NCBI GenBank assembly: GCA_028711065.1
Contig: JAQTSY010000006.1
Location: forward strand, 213-64,212
DNA length: 64,000 nucleotides
Source of the DNA: Minisyncoccota bacterium
GTDB lineage: Bacteria; Patescibacteriota; Minisyncoccia; Phycocordibacterales; JAQTLZ01
Direction: 5' to 3'
Positions within the stretch are counted from its first letter, which is position 1, and each line of letters begins with the position of its first letter. Shown piece by piece: positions 34,793 through 43,547 of this stretch. Under the pieces are notes generated by a model. It had not been told where the DNA came from. It was given only the letters and a program-made list of their open reading frames with translations, and made no database searches. The position numbers and the translations under genes were made by a program.

Positions 34793-36338
34793 CTTTTACT
34801 TGTTTTTCAAGCACAGCCCGAATGTGTTTTTTTGCCATGCTTGTTTTCACGATGTCGAGCCATTTTCCTGATGGTTTGCTTGATTTCCGCGTCTGAATTT
34901 CGACGATATCTCCATTTCGAAGAGGTTGTGAGAGCGGGGAGTGTTTGCCGTTCACCTGGGCTCCAAATATATGGTCTCCGATATCCGAGTGGATGGCGTA
35001 AGCGAAATCAATTGGGCAGGAATCAATAGGCAAGTCCACGACGTCGCCTTTCGGAGTAAAGACGAACACGCGGTCTCTGACGAAATCCGATTTCAAATCT
35101 TCCATAAATTGGTCGCGTTTGAGAGCTCCCGCTTGAACTTCTGCAAGCTCTCTGATCCATGTAGGAATATCCGATTTTTTCGTACTTTTCTTTTCCGCCT
35201 CATTTGCGTTTCCAATACCATTTGCCGTGCCATTTCCATTTCCGCCCCATCCGCCAGGCAAAAGATTTTTCAGCCAGACGAAATATCCGGTCGGTTCTTT
35301 TTTATTTTGTTTTTCTTTGAAAGCAATGTGCGAAGCGATTCCATATTCTGCGCGCTCGTGCATTTCTTCAGTTCGGATTTGAATTTCTACAATAGTGCCG
35401 TTTCCCGTAAAAATGGTCGTGTGGAGTCCTTGATAGCCGTTTGGTTTGGGAAAGGCGATATAGTCTTTGATTCGCCCTGGAAGCGGCCTCCAAATGCTGT
35501 GAACGATGCCCAGCACTTTGTAACAATCGGAAACGGTCGGGACGATGACTCGCAAGGCTTCAAGATCGTAGATCTTATCAATATCCCAATCTTTTCGGAG
35601 AAGCTTTTGGTAGAGGCTATACATGTTTTTCACCCGGGAATCGGTCTTAATAACCGTCATTCCTTCTCTCCCAAATTCTTTTCGCATTGATTTACTGAAT
35701 TTTTGGAGCGATTCAGAAATTTCTTTCCCTTTCTGTTTCATCATTTTTTTCGTTTTCTCGAATTCTTCGGGATTGATGAAAGAGAAAGCCAGATCTTCGA
35801 GCTCTCGCTTGTAGGTTCGGATTCCGATTCGGTAGGCGAGCGGAGCGTAAATTTCGAGCGTCTCTTGAGCGATACGTTTCTGTTTGTGTTTGGGAACGTG
35901 CTGAAGGGTGCGCATATTGTGAAGACGATCAGCGAGCTTGATGATAAGCACGCGGACGTCTTCCGAGATGGCGATAAAAAGTTTTCGCAAGGATTCCACG
36001 TGCCGTTCGTTTCCTAAATATCGCAAGTGCCCAAGCTTAGTTACGCCCTCGACAAGAAAAAGAACTTCTTTCCCGAATTCTTTTTCGACTTCTTCAGCTT
36101 TCACATTTACATCCTCGATTGAATCGTGAAGAAGTCCGGCGGCAATTGTAGTCGAACCCATGCCGATGTTCGCAAGATTTTTTGCAGTCTCTACGAGGTG
36201 GCCGAAGTACGGTTCGCCGGTGTAGCGTTTCTGGTCACGGTGTGCATTTTCAGCAAAATTGTAGGCTTTGACGATAAGTTCAATATCCTCCTTTGTGGGG
36301 GAGTCCATGAGATCGAGAATTTCGTTCACTTGGGGCAT
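34782..36338 (-). CDS. RelA/SpoT-family (p)ppGpp synthetase/hydrolase, short form ending after the TGS domain
   Basis: The HD domain (HRDQKRYTGEPYFGHL...LLHDSIED), the synthetase domain (RVKNMYSLYQKL...YQGLHTTI) and a C-terminal TGS domain are all present. There is no ACT/RRM region. A Gly/Asn-rich insert (GGWGGNGNGTANGIGNAN) is notable. Confidence 0.85.
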   Translation of the reverse strand: MPQVNEILDLMDSPTKEDIELIVKAYNFAENAHRDQKRYTGEPYFGHLVETAKNLANIGMGSTTIAAGLLHDSIEDVNVKAEEVEKEFGKEVLFLVEGVTKLGHLRYLGNERHVESLRKLFIAISEDVRVLIIKLADRLHNMRTLQHVPKHKQKRIAQETLEIYAPLAYRIGIRTYKRELEDLAFSFINPEEFEKTKKMMKQKGKEISESLQKFSKSMRKEFGREGMTVIKTDSRVKNMYSLYQKLLRKDWDIDKIYDLEALRVIVPTVSDCYKVLGIVHSIWRPLPGRIKDYIAFPKPNGYQGLHTTIFTGNGTIVEIQIRTEEMHERAEYGIASHIAFKEKQNKKEPTGYFVWLKNLLPGGWGGNGNGTANGIGNANEAEKKSTKKSDIPTWIRELAEVQAGALKRDQFMEDLKSDFVRDRVFVFTPKGDVVDLPIDSCPIDFAYAIHSDIGDHIFGAQVNGKHSPLSQPLRNGDIVEIQTRKSSKPSGKWLDIVKTSMAKKHIRAVLEKQVKVRQ

Positions 36339-36376
36339 GTCCTCATTGTACTTTTTGGTGGGAAAAAGTCTAATGA

Positions 36377-36410
36377 GCCAAAAAACAGCCTTAAAAGGCT
36401 GTTTTTTGGC
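36377..36410. terminator. Palindromic terminator (14-bp perfect stem containing A6/T6 tracts) downstream of topA
   Basis: gccaaaaaacagcc-ttaaaa-ggctgttttttggc. Confidence 0.7.
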
Positions 36411-36475
36411 TAGAGAATAGCGTTCTGGTATTGTCTTCGGTCACAGATAATTTCCTCACCCATGTTCGGAAATTT

Positions 36476-36499
36476 CCGCGACCCCGACTCGCGGTTTTT
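36476..36499 (+). terminator. Orphan + strand intrinsic terminator in the topA/rel intergenic region
   Basis: ccgcga-ccccgac-tcgcgg followed by TTTTT. There is no + strand CDS upstream of it. Confidence 0.45.
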
Positions 36500-36571
36500 G
36501 CTTCTGCAAAAACATCGCTCCGTCTCACCAAAACCAGTTGCGCATGTGGCGTAGGCCACATGCTTCCGTAC

Positions 36572-38740
36572 CTATTTCTGCAGTTTGTGCGGATTATGAT
36601 TTGGACAACCTTTGTTTGAGCAACGTTCCGGGATGGTTTTGGTGCCAAGCATCATCAGAGACTGGCACATTGGGCAGATGTTTCCTGTAGGTTTGGATTT
36701 GATGATGTGTTTGCATTTCGGATAATTGGAACAGCTGTAGAAGAGTCCGAATCGTCCCTTTCTTTCCGTCATCATTCCTTCTTTGCAGATCGGGCACTGG
36801 ACTCCTGTTGAATTTTTACGCTCGAGTTCCGCATCTTTTTTTATATATTTACATTTTGGATAGTTGGCGCAGGAAATGAATTGGCCGAAGCGTCCTTCGC
36901 GAAGTACGAGTTTCCCTCCACAGTCTGGGCAAATTTCTCCAGTTTCTTTTGGTCCCTCAAGCTCCTTTCCTTCCATATTTCGCGCACCAAGACAATCTGG
37001 GAATTTTGAACAGCTCATAAACTTTCCGGTTTTGGAAAGTTTAATCACCATTGGCGATCCGCATTTTGGACATTTAAATTCTGCCGGTGCATCGCCGAGA
37101 TTGGTGACTTTATCGAGTTTGTCTTTTGATTTCAGCTCTTTCAGGAATGGTTTGTAGAAATCGGTGAGCGTTTTCAAATAAGTGGTTTTTCCTTCTGCGA
37201 TAAGGTCGAGCTTGTCTTCCATTTCCGCGGTGAAAGTGTCGCTTATATAGTCTTTAAAATTTTCTTCAAGGAAACTTGAAACAACGTCTCCGGTATCCGT
37301 AGGGCACAGCGCTTTTTGAATTTTTTCCACATATCCTCGATCTTCGAGAGTCTTAATAATTGCAGCGTAGGTCGAAGGGCGTCCGATGCCTCGTTTTTCG
37401 AGCTCTTTCACAAGTCCTGCTTCTGAATATCGTGGAGGCGGTTCGGTCTGCTTCTCCTCTGTATGCATTTCTTTCAAATCCAAAATATCTCCAGCAACTA
37501 CTTTCTGGACTTCAACATCCTCGCCTCGAGCTGCTGGATCGGCAAGAAGCCATCCGGGAGAAAGCACTCGGCTTCCGTTTGTCGCGAAATCTGGGATTTT
37601 CCCGTCGCCAACTTTCACCGTGATTTTTGTTCGCAAAATTTTCGCATCAGCCATTTGCGAAGAAACCGCTCGTCTCCAAATGAGTCGGTAAAGCTTTTGC
37701 TGTTCATCATTGAGTCCCGCAGATTCTTTCTCAAAATGAGACGGGCGAATCGCTTCGTGAGCTTCCTGTGCGTTTTTGCTTTTCTTGCTATAAGTGTGGG
37801 GGACAAAAAGTTCTTTTCCCCATTTTTTTGTAATTTCTTTCTGGATTCCATCAAGCGCGGTGACACTCAAGTTTGTCGAGTCCGTACGCATGTAGGTAAT
37901 GTGCCCGGCTTCGTAGAGTCTTTGAGCAACCTGCATTGTGCGGGAAGGAGAAAAACCGAGTCGAGAAGACGCAGACTGCTGAAGCGTAGAAGTAATGAAT
38001 GGAGCGCGAGGAGAACGCTTTGCTTCCGTTTCAGCGACACTTTCCACTACCCATTTTTCTTTCTTTCCAACTTCGAGAATTCTATCGACTTCTTTTTTAT
38101 CCGTCGGCTCCTCTACGCAAGTAAGCGGAAGCTTATCTTTTTTCGCAGTTTCAGTGTCCGCCGTAATTATCCAAAAGGTATGTGATTTGAAAGCGCGAAT
38201 TTCCCGCTCGCGTTCCATAATAATGCGAAGCGCGGGGGACTGCACTCGTCCAGCAGAAAGTCCGTAGCGCACCTTTTTCCAAATAATTCCAGAGAGGTCA
38301 TAGCCTACAAGCCGGTCGAGTACGCGCCGAGCTTCTTGCGCTTCTTTGAGGTTTTCATCTATATCTCGCGGGTGGGCGATGGCGTCTTTAATAGCGTCTT
38401 CGGTGATTTCGTGATACACGACGCGCTTGGTCTTTCCTTTCTTTAATCCTGTCGCCTCTACTATATGCCACGCAATAGCTTCTCCTTCTCTGTCGGGGTC
38501 GGTTGCGAGAATGACTTCGGTCGCTTTTTTCGCAAGTGATTTCAGTTCTTCAACAATTTTTTCTTTGCCTTTTGAAATTTCGTAATGCGGAACAAAACCG
38601 CCTTCAATGTCGACGGCTTTTTTATTTGATTTTGGAAGATCGCGGACGTGGCCGACAGATGCCTTAACGGTGTATCCGTCTCCCAAATATTTTCCGATTG
38701 TTTTCGCTTTTGCAGGCGACTCAACGATGAATAATTTCAT
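36572..38740 (-). CDS. topA: DNA topoisomerase I with C-terminal zinc-ribbon repeats
   Basis: The start MKLFIVESPAKAKTI is Toprim, and the catalytic region includes ...ITYMRTDS. Four C-terminal C4 zinc ribbons follow (CPKCGSPM..C..C, CPDCGGKL..C..C, CPICKEGM, CPMCQSLM). The start is taken at the internal Met of the track ORF. Confidence 0.9.
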   Translation of the reverse strand: MKLFIVESPAKAKTIGKYLGDGYTVKASVGHVRDLPKSNKKAVDIEGGFVPHYEISKGKEKIVEELKSLAKKATEVILATDPDREGEAIAWHIVEATGLKKGKTKRVVYHEITEDAIKDAIAHPRDIDENLKEAQEARRVLDRLVGYDLSGIIWKKVRYGLSAGRVQSPALRIIMEREREIRAFKSHTFWIITADTETAKKDKLPLTCVEEPTDKKEVDRILEVGKKEKWVVESVAETEAKRSPRAPFITSTLQQSASSRLGFSPSRTMQVAQRLYEAGHITYMRTDSTNLSVTALDGIQKEITKKWGKELFVPHTYSKKSKNAQEAHEAIRPSHFEKESAGLNDEQQKLYRLIWRRAVSSQMADAKILRTKITVKVGDGKIPDFATNGSRVLSPGWLLADPAARGEDVEVQKVVAGDILDLKEMHTEEKQTEPPPRYSEAGLVKELEKRGIGRPSTYAAIIKTLEDRGYVEKIQKALCPTDTGDVVSSFLEENFKDYISDTFTAEMEDKLDLIAEGKTTYLKTLTDFYKPFLKELKSKDKLDKVTNLGDAPAEFKCPKCGSPMVIKLSKTGKFMSCSKFPDCLGARNMEGKELEGPKETGEICPDCGGKLVLREGRFGQFISCANYPKCKYIKKDAELERKNSTGVQCPICKEGMMTERKGRFGLFYSCSNYPKCKHIIKSKPTGNICPMCQSLMMLGTKTIPERCSNKGCPNHNPHKLQK

Positions 38741-38856
38741 AGTGATGTTCCCCAGTATTACACGAAAGAGAAAATTTTTGCAAACTGTGTATAAGACTTT
38801 GTAATAAAAACCGGCGCTCGCTTTCGCGTGCGCCGTATTGCTAATGCTTCCCCCCG

Positions 38857-39393
38857 CTACTTCTTCCATGCGAAGTAAAGCATTTTCCCGTCGTGGTCCC
38901 TGACGCTGTAATCGTCGGGGATTTCGTCGCCCGAAGTCTCGATCGAGAAATCATGATATTCAAACAAGGACAGCAAGCCGGGGCATGACTTGCTCGACTT
39001 GAAAGTGCGAGAGACGTCGAGAGTGATCAAAGTCTTGCCCTTGAGAATTGGCAATTCTTCTCCTCGCTCTCTTTCGGCGGCAAGACGCGGATCTTCTCCC
39101 GTCTTCATTTTACCTCCTGGCGGCTGGTTGCGCTCCAAGCGATTGCCGCCCGGCTCGATCTGGTGGCTTTCAAACAAGGTACCTTTTTCCGGGTGAACGA
39201 TAATGAATCGCACCAACCGGACTATCTGATACCACCCATGTTCGGCGTCCCAGCCGAGTTCTCTTTCTCCACTCGCAAAATCCTTGGCGAGCTGGGAGAG
39301 TGTCCTTGTACCGGGGACTCCCCATTGATCGACAGGGATGCCACCCTCCCGAAAGATTATCCGAAGGGTTTCTTCAGAGATAACAAAGGCCAT
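38857..39393 (-). CDS. NUDIX hydrolase family protein (GC-rich)
   Basis: The Nudix-box-like segment PGGKMKTGEDPRLAAERERGEELPI is present. GC is above 50%. Confidence 0.5.
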   Translation of the reverse strand: MAFVISEETLRIIFREGGIPVDQWGVPGTRTLSQLAKDFASGERELGWDAEHGWYQIVRLVRFIIVHPEKGTLFESHQIEPGGNRLERNQPPGGKMKTGEDPRLAAERERGEELPILKGKTLITLDVSRTFKSSKSCPGLLSLFEYHDFSIETSGDEIPDDYSVRDHDGKMLYFAWKK

Positions 39394-39479
39394 GCGGCCC
39401 TCCTTTCATCGAATGTTCGGGTTAACTTGGTTTATGCCTGTTCTAATCGAACAATAGTACGAGTTTTGAATTTCGTCAA

Positions 39480-40346
39480 CTAGCACCTTCTGACTTCTCC
39501 TAAGCTTTCTTTTATCATTCCTTTTATCTCCATTCCTGATAGTAAAACGTTCATCTCCGATGTGTTTTTCCCGCAAGTGCGGATAAGTTCGTCTCTTGTC
39601 ATTGGTTCTGTAAGAAAATTCAAAATAATCTGCTCTTCTGGCGAAGCGTCTGCGAAAAGTGTTTGAGTTTTCGTTTCCTCGTCTTGTTCAAAGCCAAGCG
39701 CCCAAAGAAGTTCCTCACATGTTGTAATTGGCGTTGCTCCAAGCCGAAGAAGCATGTGCGGGCCTTCGGAAGTTTTGGAAAAAATGGAGCCGGGGATAGT
39801 CAGGACGTCTCTATTATATTCAGTCGCGAATTTAGAAGTGATAAGTGTACCCGAGCGAATTTCTGCTTCCACCACAAGAGTTGCGTGAGTCATTCCCGCC
39901 ATGATTCTGTTTCTTTGCGGGAAACTATAGTTGGTCGCATGAAATTCTAGTTCGAATTCGGAGAGAAGGGCTCCGCCAGATTCTACGATCTTCCGAGCAA
40001 GCTCTCGGTGACTTGAAGGATACAAAACTTTCTCTGAAAGCCCGGAGCCGGGGATTGCAATAGTTTTCAACCCAGCATCCAGCGCTGCTCGGTGGGCAAT
40101 AGAGTCAATTCCAAGAGCAAGCCCAGAAACAATCACGATAGGGTATCCACGAAGGCCAGCAATTAATTTCTCGCAAGCCTCTTTTCCGTAACTTGTGTAT
40201 TTTCGTGCACCCACAACAGCGAGGAACATATTTTCTTTCCAATCGGGTAGGACACCCTTCACATAAAGCTTTTTTGGCGGGTCATTAATCTCACGAAGGA
40301 GAGGAGGAAAATCTTTCGGACCGATTTTTTGAATCTTGTTATCCAT
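39480..40346 (-). CDS. dprA: DNA processing protein DprA (Smf)
   Basis: The Rossmann-like DprA domain is present (VVGARKYTSYGKEACEKL...IVSGLALGIDSIAHRAAL...GSGL). A C-terminal winged helix follows. Confidence 0.85.
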   Translation of the reverse strand: MDNKIQKIGPKDFPPLLREINDPPKKLYVKGVLPDWKENMFLAVVGARKYTSYGKEACEKLIAGLRGYPIVIVSGLALGIDSIAHRAALDAGLKTIAIPGSGLSEKVLYPSSHRELARKIVESGGALLSEFELEFHATNYSFPQRNRIMAGMTHATLVVEAEIRSGTLITSKFATEYNRDVLTIPGSIFSKTSEGPHMLLRLGATPITTCEELLWALGFEQDEETKTQTLFADASPEEQIILNFLTEPMTRDELIRTCGKNTSEMNVLLSGMEIKGMIKESLGEVRRC

Positions 40347-40385
40347 CTTTTTTTATTGCACTATCTATTATATACTGTTGTAACT

Positions 40386-41654
40386 ATGCTCGATATCAAG
40401 TTTATCCGCGAGAACAAAGACCTCATCGCTCTTGCCGCAAAAAAGAAATTTGTGGCTTTTGATGTTGAAGAGCTTCTTGCTACTGACGATCTTCGGAAGA
40501 TGAAACTGCAATCAGTGGAGAAGAAACGCACTGAACAGAATGTCGTGAGTGATAAAGTGGCGAGCGCAAAGGACCCAGCGGAGCGAGACGCAATGATTTT
40601 TGAAATGCGGAAGTTTAAGGCAGACATGAATAAAGAGGAAACCGAGCTCGAGGAAATAATGAAAAAATGGCGCTCGCTCATGCTTCTTGTGCCAAACATT
40701 CCGGATATGACCGTGCCGGATGGCGAGAGCGATGCGGGCAATATGGAAGTTAAAAAATGGGGCTCTTTGCCTGAATTTGATTTCACGCCGAAAAACCATA
40801 TTGAGCTTATGGAAAATCTCGGAATGGTGGATTTGGTCCGCGGAGCGAAAGTCGCCGGCTTTCGAGGGTATTTTTTGAAAGACGCGGGAGTGAAGCTTTC
40901 TTTTGCAATCTGGAATTACGCGCTCGATTTCTTCTCTAAAAAAGGATTTTCACCGATGATCGTGCCCTCACTTGTTCGAAGAGAAAATTTGCTCGGCACC
41001 GGATTTCTCCCACAAGGCGAAGAAGATTTGTATAAAACACAAGACGGAGATTTTCTTGCTGGAACAGGAGAAGTGGCGACGATGGGATACCACAGCGATG
41101 AAATCCTGCCAATGGAAGATTTGCCAAAAAAGTTTTTGGCTTTTTCACCGTGTTTTCGCAGAGAGGCGGGAAGCCACAGCAAAGATGTGAAAGGACTTAT
41201 CCGCGTTCATGAATTTTATAAATTTGAGCAGGTGATTCTTTGTGAAGCGAGCCATGAGACATCGGTACGATTTCACGAAGAGCTTACTCGAAACACCGAA
41301 GAATTCATCGAGTCCCTCGGCATTCCATATCACAGAGTAATAAATTGCGGAGGGGATTTGGGGCTAGGACAAGTGAAAAAGTATGACCTTGAGCTCTGGG
41401 TTCCGCTCGAAAAGAAATATCGTGAAATCGCTTCCGCTTCCTACTTTCATGATTTCCAGACTCGCCGACTCAATATCCGCTACAAAGATACAGACGGAAA
41501 AATGAAATTTGCCCACTCGCTCAACAACACCGCGATTCCCACTCCACGCATTCTTGTTTCGCTCGTCGAAAATTTCCAGCAAGGAGATGGTTCCATTGCA
41601 ATTCCTGAAGTCCTCCAGCCTTATTTTGGAAGCGATACAATTTCAAAAAAGTAA
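40386..41654 (+). CDS. serS: Seryl-tRNA synthetase
   Basis: MLDIKFIRENKD opens an N-terminal coiled-coil arm. A class II core follows (FLPQGEEDLYK, FRREAGSHSKD, GDGSIAIPEVLQPY). Confidence 0.9.
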   Translation: MLDIKFIRENKDLIALAAKKKFVAFDVEELLATDDLRKMKLQSVEKKRTEQNVVSDKVASAKDPAERDAMIFEMRKFKADMNKEETELEEIMKKWRSLMLLVPNIPDMTVPDGESDAGNMEVKKWGSLPEFDFTPKNHIELMENLGMVDLVRGAKVAGFRGYFLKDAGVKLSFAIWNYALDFFSKKGFSPMIVPSLVRRENLLGTGFLPQGEEDLYKTQDGDFLAGTGEVATMGYHSDEILPMEDLPKKFLAFSPCFRREAGSHSKDVKGLIRVHEFYKFEQVILCEASHETSVRFHEELTRNTEEFIESLGIPYHRVINCGGDLGLGQVKKYDLELWVPLEKKYREIASASYFHDFQTRRLNIRYKDTDGKMKFAHSLNNTAIPTPRILVSLVENFQQGDGSIAIPEVLQPYFGSDTISKK

Positions 41655-41766
41655 GTATTAAGTCGATAGGATTTAGGCATTTGATGCAGTTCTAGGCGAA
41701 ATCGAGGCTTTTTCTGAGACGTACTTACTGGTACGGCGAAGAAAAAAAGAGGATTTTAACGACGAA

Positions 41767-42627
41767 ATGCGCAAATGCGTAAGTCCTATGCACAGCAGAA
41801 AATCAATTTTAAAACATTCTCGGGTTTATAACCGCAAGCGCAAGCGCCTAATCGGCAAGGCGGTTGCGATCATTTTCGCTGTGGTAGTGATCCTCTTTTC
41901 TCTCTCTTTCGTATCCGGCATTTCTGCTACGACGATTCATACTGTCCAGGTTGTGGGAGCTGACAGCACAGACGCTCCTCTCATTGAAAAGGTGGCTCGG
42001 GGCGAGCTCGAGGGCAAATATTTTCATTTTATTTCTCGGGCGAATAGCCTTTTCTTCCCAAAACAAAAAATTGAGAATGATATTCTGAACACTTTCCCTT
42101 CGGTGGAAAGCGTCAAAGTCACACGAGCTGATGTACACACTCTTCTCGTAAAGATTACGGAGCGCGAGCCCTTCGCTTTTTGGTGTACGGGCAAGGTAAC
42201 CTCTCTTCCACCCCAAAATGCAAAGTGTTATCTTCTTGATAAAGATGGGCTGATTTTTGCGAAAGCGAGCGACCCCCTACCGCCGAATCTTTTGACCTAT
42301 TCCGGCGCAGTTGAAAAACAAACTGATCCGATTGGAGAGCATTTTTTAACTTCTGACGATCTTCACAATCTCTCCGCTTTTCTCGAATTTCTTGGAGCTC
42401 TCCACCTCACACCTCTTTTTATAGTTGCTGACTCCAGTGGGGAATTGGAGGTATATATTGAAGGAGGACATAAACTTCTTTTGCGCACCGGTATGCCGTA
42501 TGATACGGCTCTTCAGAATCTTGAATCGCTTTTTAATGATTCAACGCTTGATTGGGGCGAAAAGGGAATTCCTGCGTCGTTGGAATATATTGATCTACGA
42601 TTTGATAATAAGGTTTTCTATAAATAA
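41767..42627 (+). CDS. FtsQ/DivIB-like cell division protein (TM plus POTRA-like domain)
   Basis: An N-terminal basic segment and TM helix, then I..V.V.G......I......L.GK..........I.N.....P.VESVKVTRADVHTLLVKITEREPFAFW, which resembles a POTRA domain. Confidence 0.5.
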   Translation: MRKCVSPMHSRKSILKHSRVYNRKRKRLIGKAVAIIFAVVVILFSLSFVSGISATTIHTVQVVGADSTDAPLIEKVARGELEGKYFHFISRANSLFFPKQKIENDILNTFPSVESVKVTRADVHTLLVKITEREPFAFWCTGKVTSLPPQNAKCYLLDKDGLIFAKASDPLPPNLLTYSGAVEKQTDPIGEHFLTSDDLHNLSAFLEFLGALHLTPLFIVADSSGELEVYIEGGHKLLLRTGMPYDTALQNLESLFNDSTLDWGEKGIPASLEYIDLRFDNKVFYK

Positions 42628-42650
42628 GGATTAATATTGGGGCAATAAAA

Positions 42651-42685
42651 AACCGCGCTTTCTATTTCTCGCGCGGAAATACAAC
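42651..42685 (-). terminator. Rho-independent terminator of the minus-strand ACP-like gene
   Basis: On the minus strand ccgcgc-gagaaatagaaa-gcgcgg is followed by TTTTTTTATT. Confidence 0.55.
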
Positions 42686-42700
42686 TTCGACTTCCTGTTA

Positions 42701-42988
42701 CTACTCTTGGCCTGCGCAACTGCACTTGGTCATTTGATTGCGGGTTCCGACGGCGGCCCGAACCTCGGCAATCAGATTCCCAATTGTTCCAGCGAAGAAA
42801 GCGGCTGTGCCACTTACCTTTACTCCTTCGCATTTTTCCCAGATCCGCCCGATGATCTCGTAACGCTGTGCGGTCGTCATATTAAGACCCGAAAGCGTTG
42901 AGTCCAGTTTGACTTGCCCGACCGGAATTTTAAGAACACCGGCAACAATCTTACAGATTTCTTCATTACTGACAGTGACTTGTTCCAT
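42701..42988 (-). CDS. Small hypothetical protein with acyl-carrier-protein-like layout (GC-rich)
   Basis: The 95-aa protein has a helical pattern resembling ACP (..VLKIPVGQVKLDSTLSGLNM...IAEV), but there is no clear DSL phosphopantetheine motif. Confidence 0.3.
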   Translation of the reverse strand: MEQVTVSNEEICKIVAGVLKIPVGQVKLDSTLSGLNMTTAQRYEIIGRIWEKCEGVKVSGTAAFFAGTIGNLIAEVRAAVGTRNQMTKCSCAGQE

Positions 42989-43082
42989 GGTACCTCCGGG
43001 GTTGACTGTTTACTCCAAGTGCAGACAGGAAATCCTGACTATCACTAAACACTGGATGGATATTTTATATGGGAACTAGGCT

Positions 43083-43547
43083 TTGTCAATGTTTCAATCT
43101 TTCCCACAGGTCTTGGTTTTCCGGCCTCTTATTCGCTTGTATACTATATATATGGAAATTGCTCTCTTCTTTGAACATTATTTTACTTGGCACTACTCGC
43201 GGGCAATAAAAGCTATCATCGGTATCGCTCACAATTTCATCTGGTTTCTGTATCATTTTTTTTCGGTTCCGATACTCCTCAAAACTTTTTTCTCGCCATG
43301 GAGACGGCTTAATGAAGAATATAGGGGAGGATTTAATGTAGAAGCAATTTTTTCTTCTTTTGTCGTAAATACTATGATGCGAATTGTGGGCGTGCTTATC
43401 CGCGCAATGACTCTTGTTGTAGCTTTTTTTGTTCTTTGCGTTTCAATCCTTCTCTCGGCTGCTTTTTTGGTCGTCTGGTGTCTTCTTCCGCTCTTAGTCA
43501 CACTCCTTGTTTATCAAGGTTTTCATGAGTTATTCACAACAGTATGA
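43083..43547 (+). CDS. Polytopic membrane protein, function unknown; overlaps the Clp-like gene start by 4 nt (operon)
   Basis: Four to five hydrophobic helices. Confidence 0.45.
   Translation: MSMFQSFPQVLVFRPLIRLYTIYMEIALFFEHYFTWHYSRAIKAIIGIAHNFIWFLYHFFSVPILLKTFFSPWRRLNEEYRGGFNVEAIFSSFVVNTMMRIVGVLIRAMTLVVAFFVLCVSILLSAAFLVVWCLLPLLVTLLVYQGFHELFTTV

Noticed and set aside
33503-36495. Shared 14-mer cgcgaccccgactc at 33503 and 36478
   Set aside because: Several exact 14-mer coincidences are expected by chance in 64 kb on both strands. There is no extended similarity around them.
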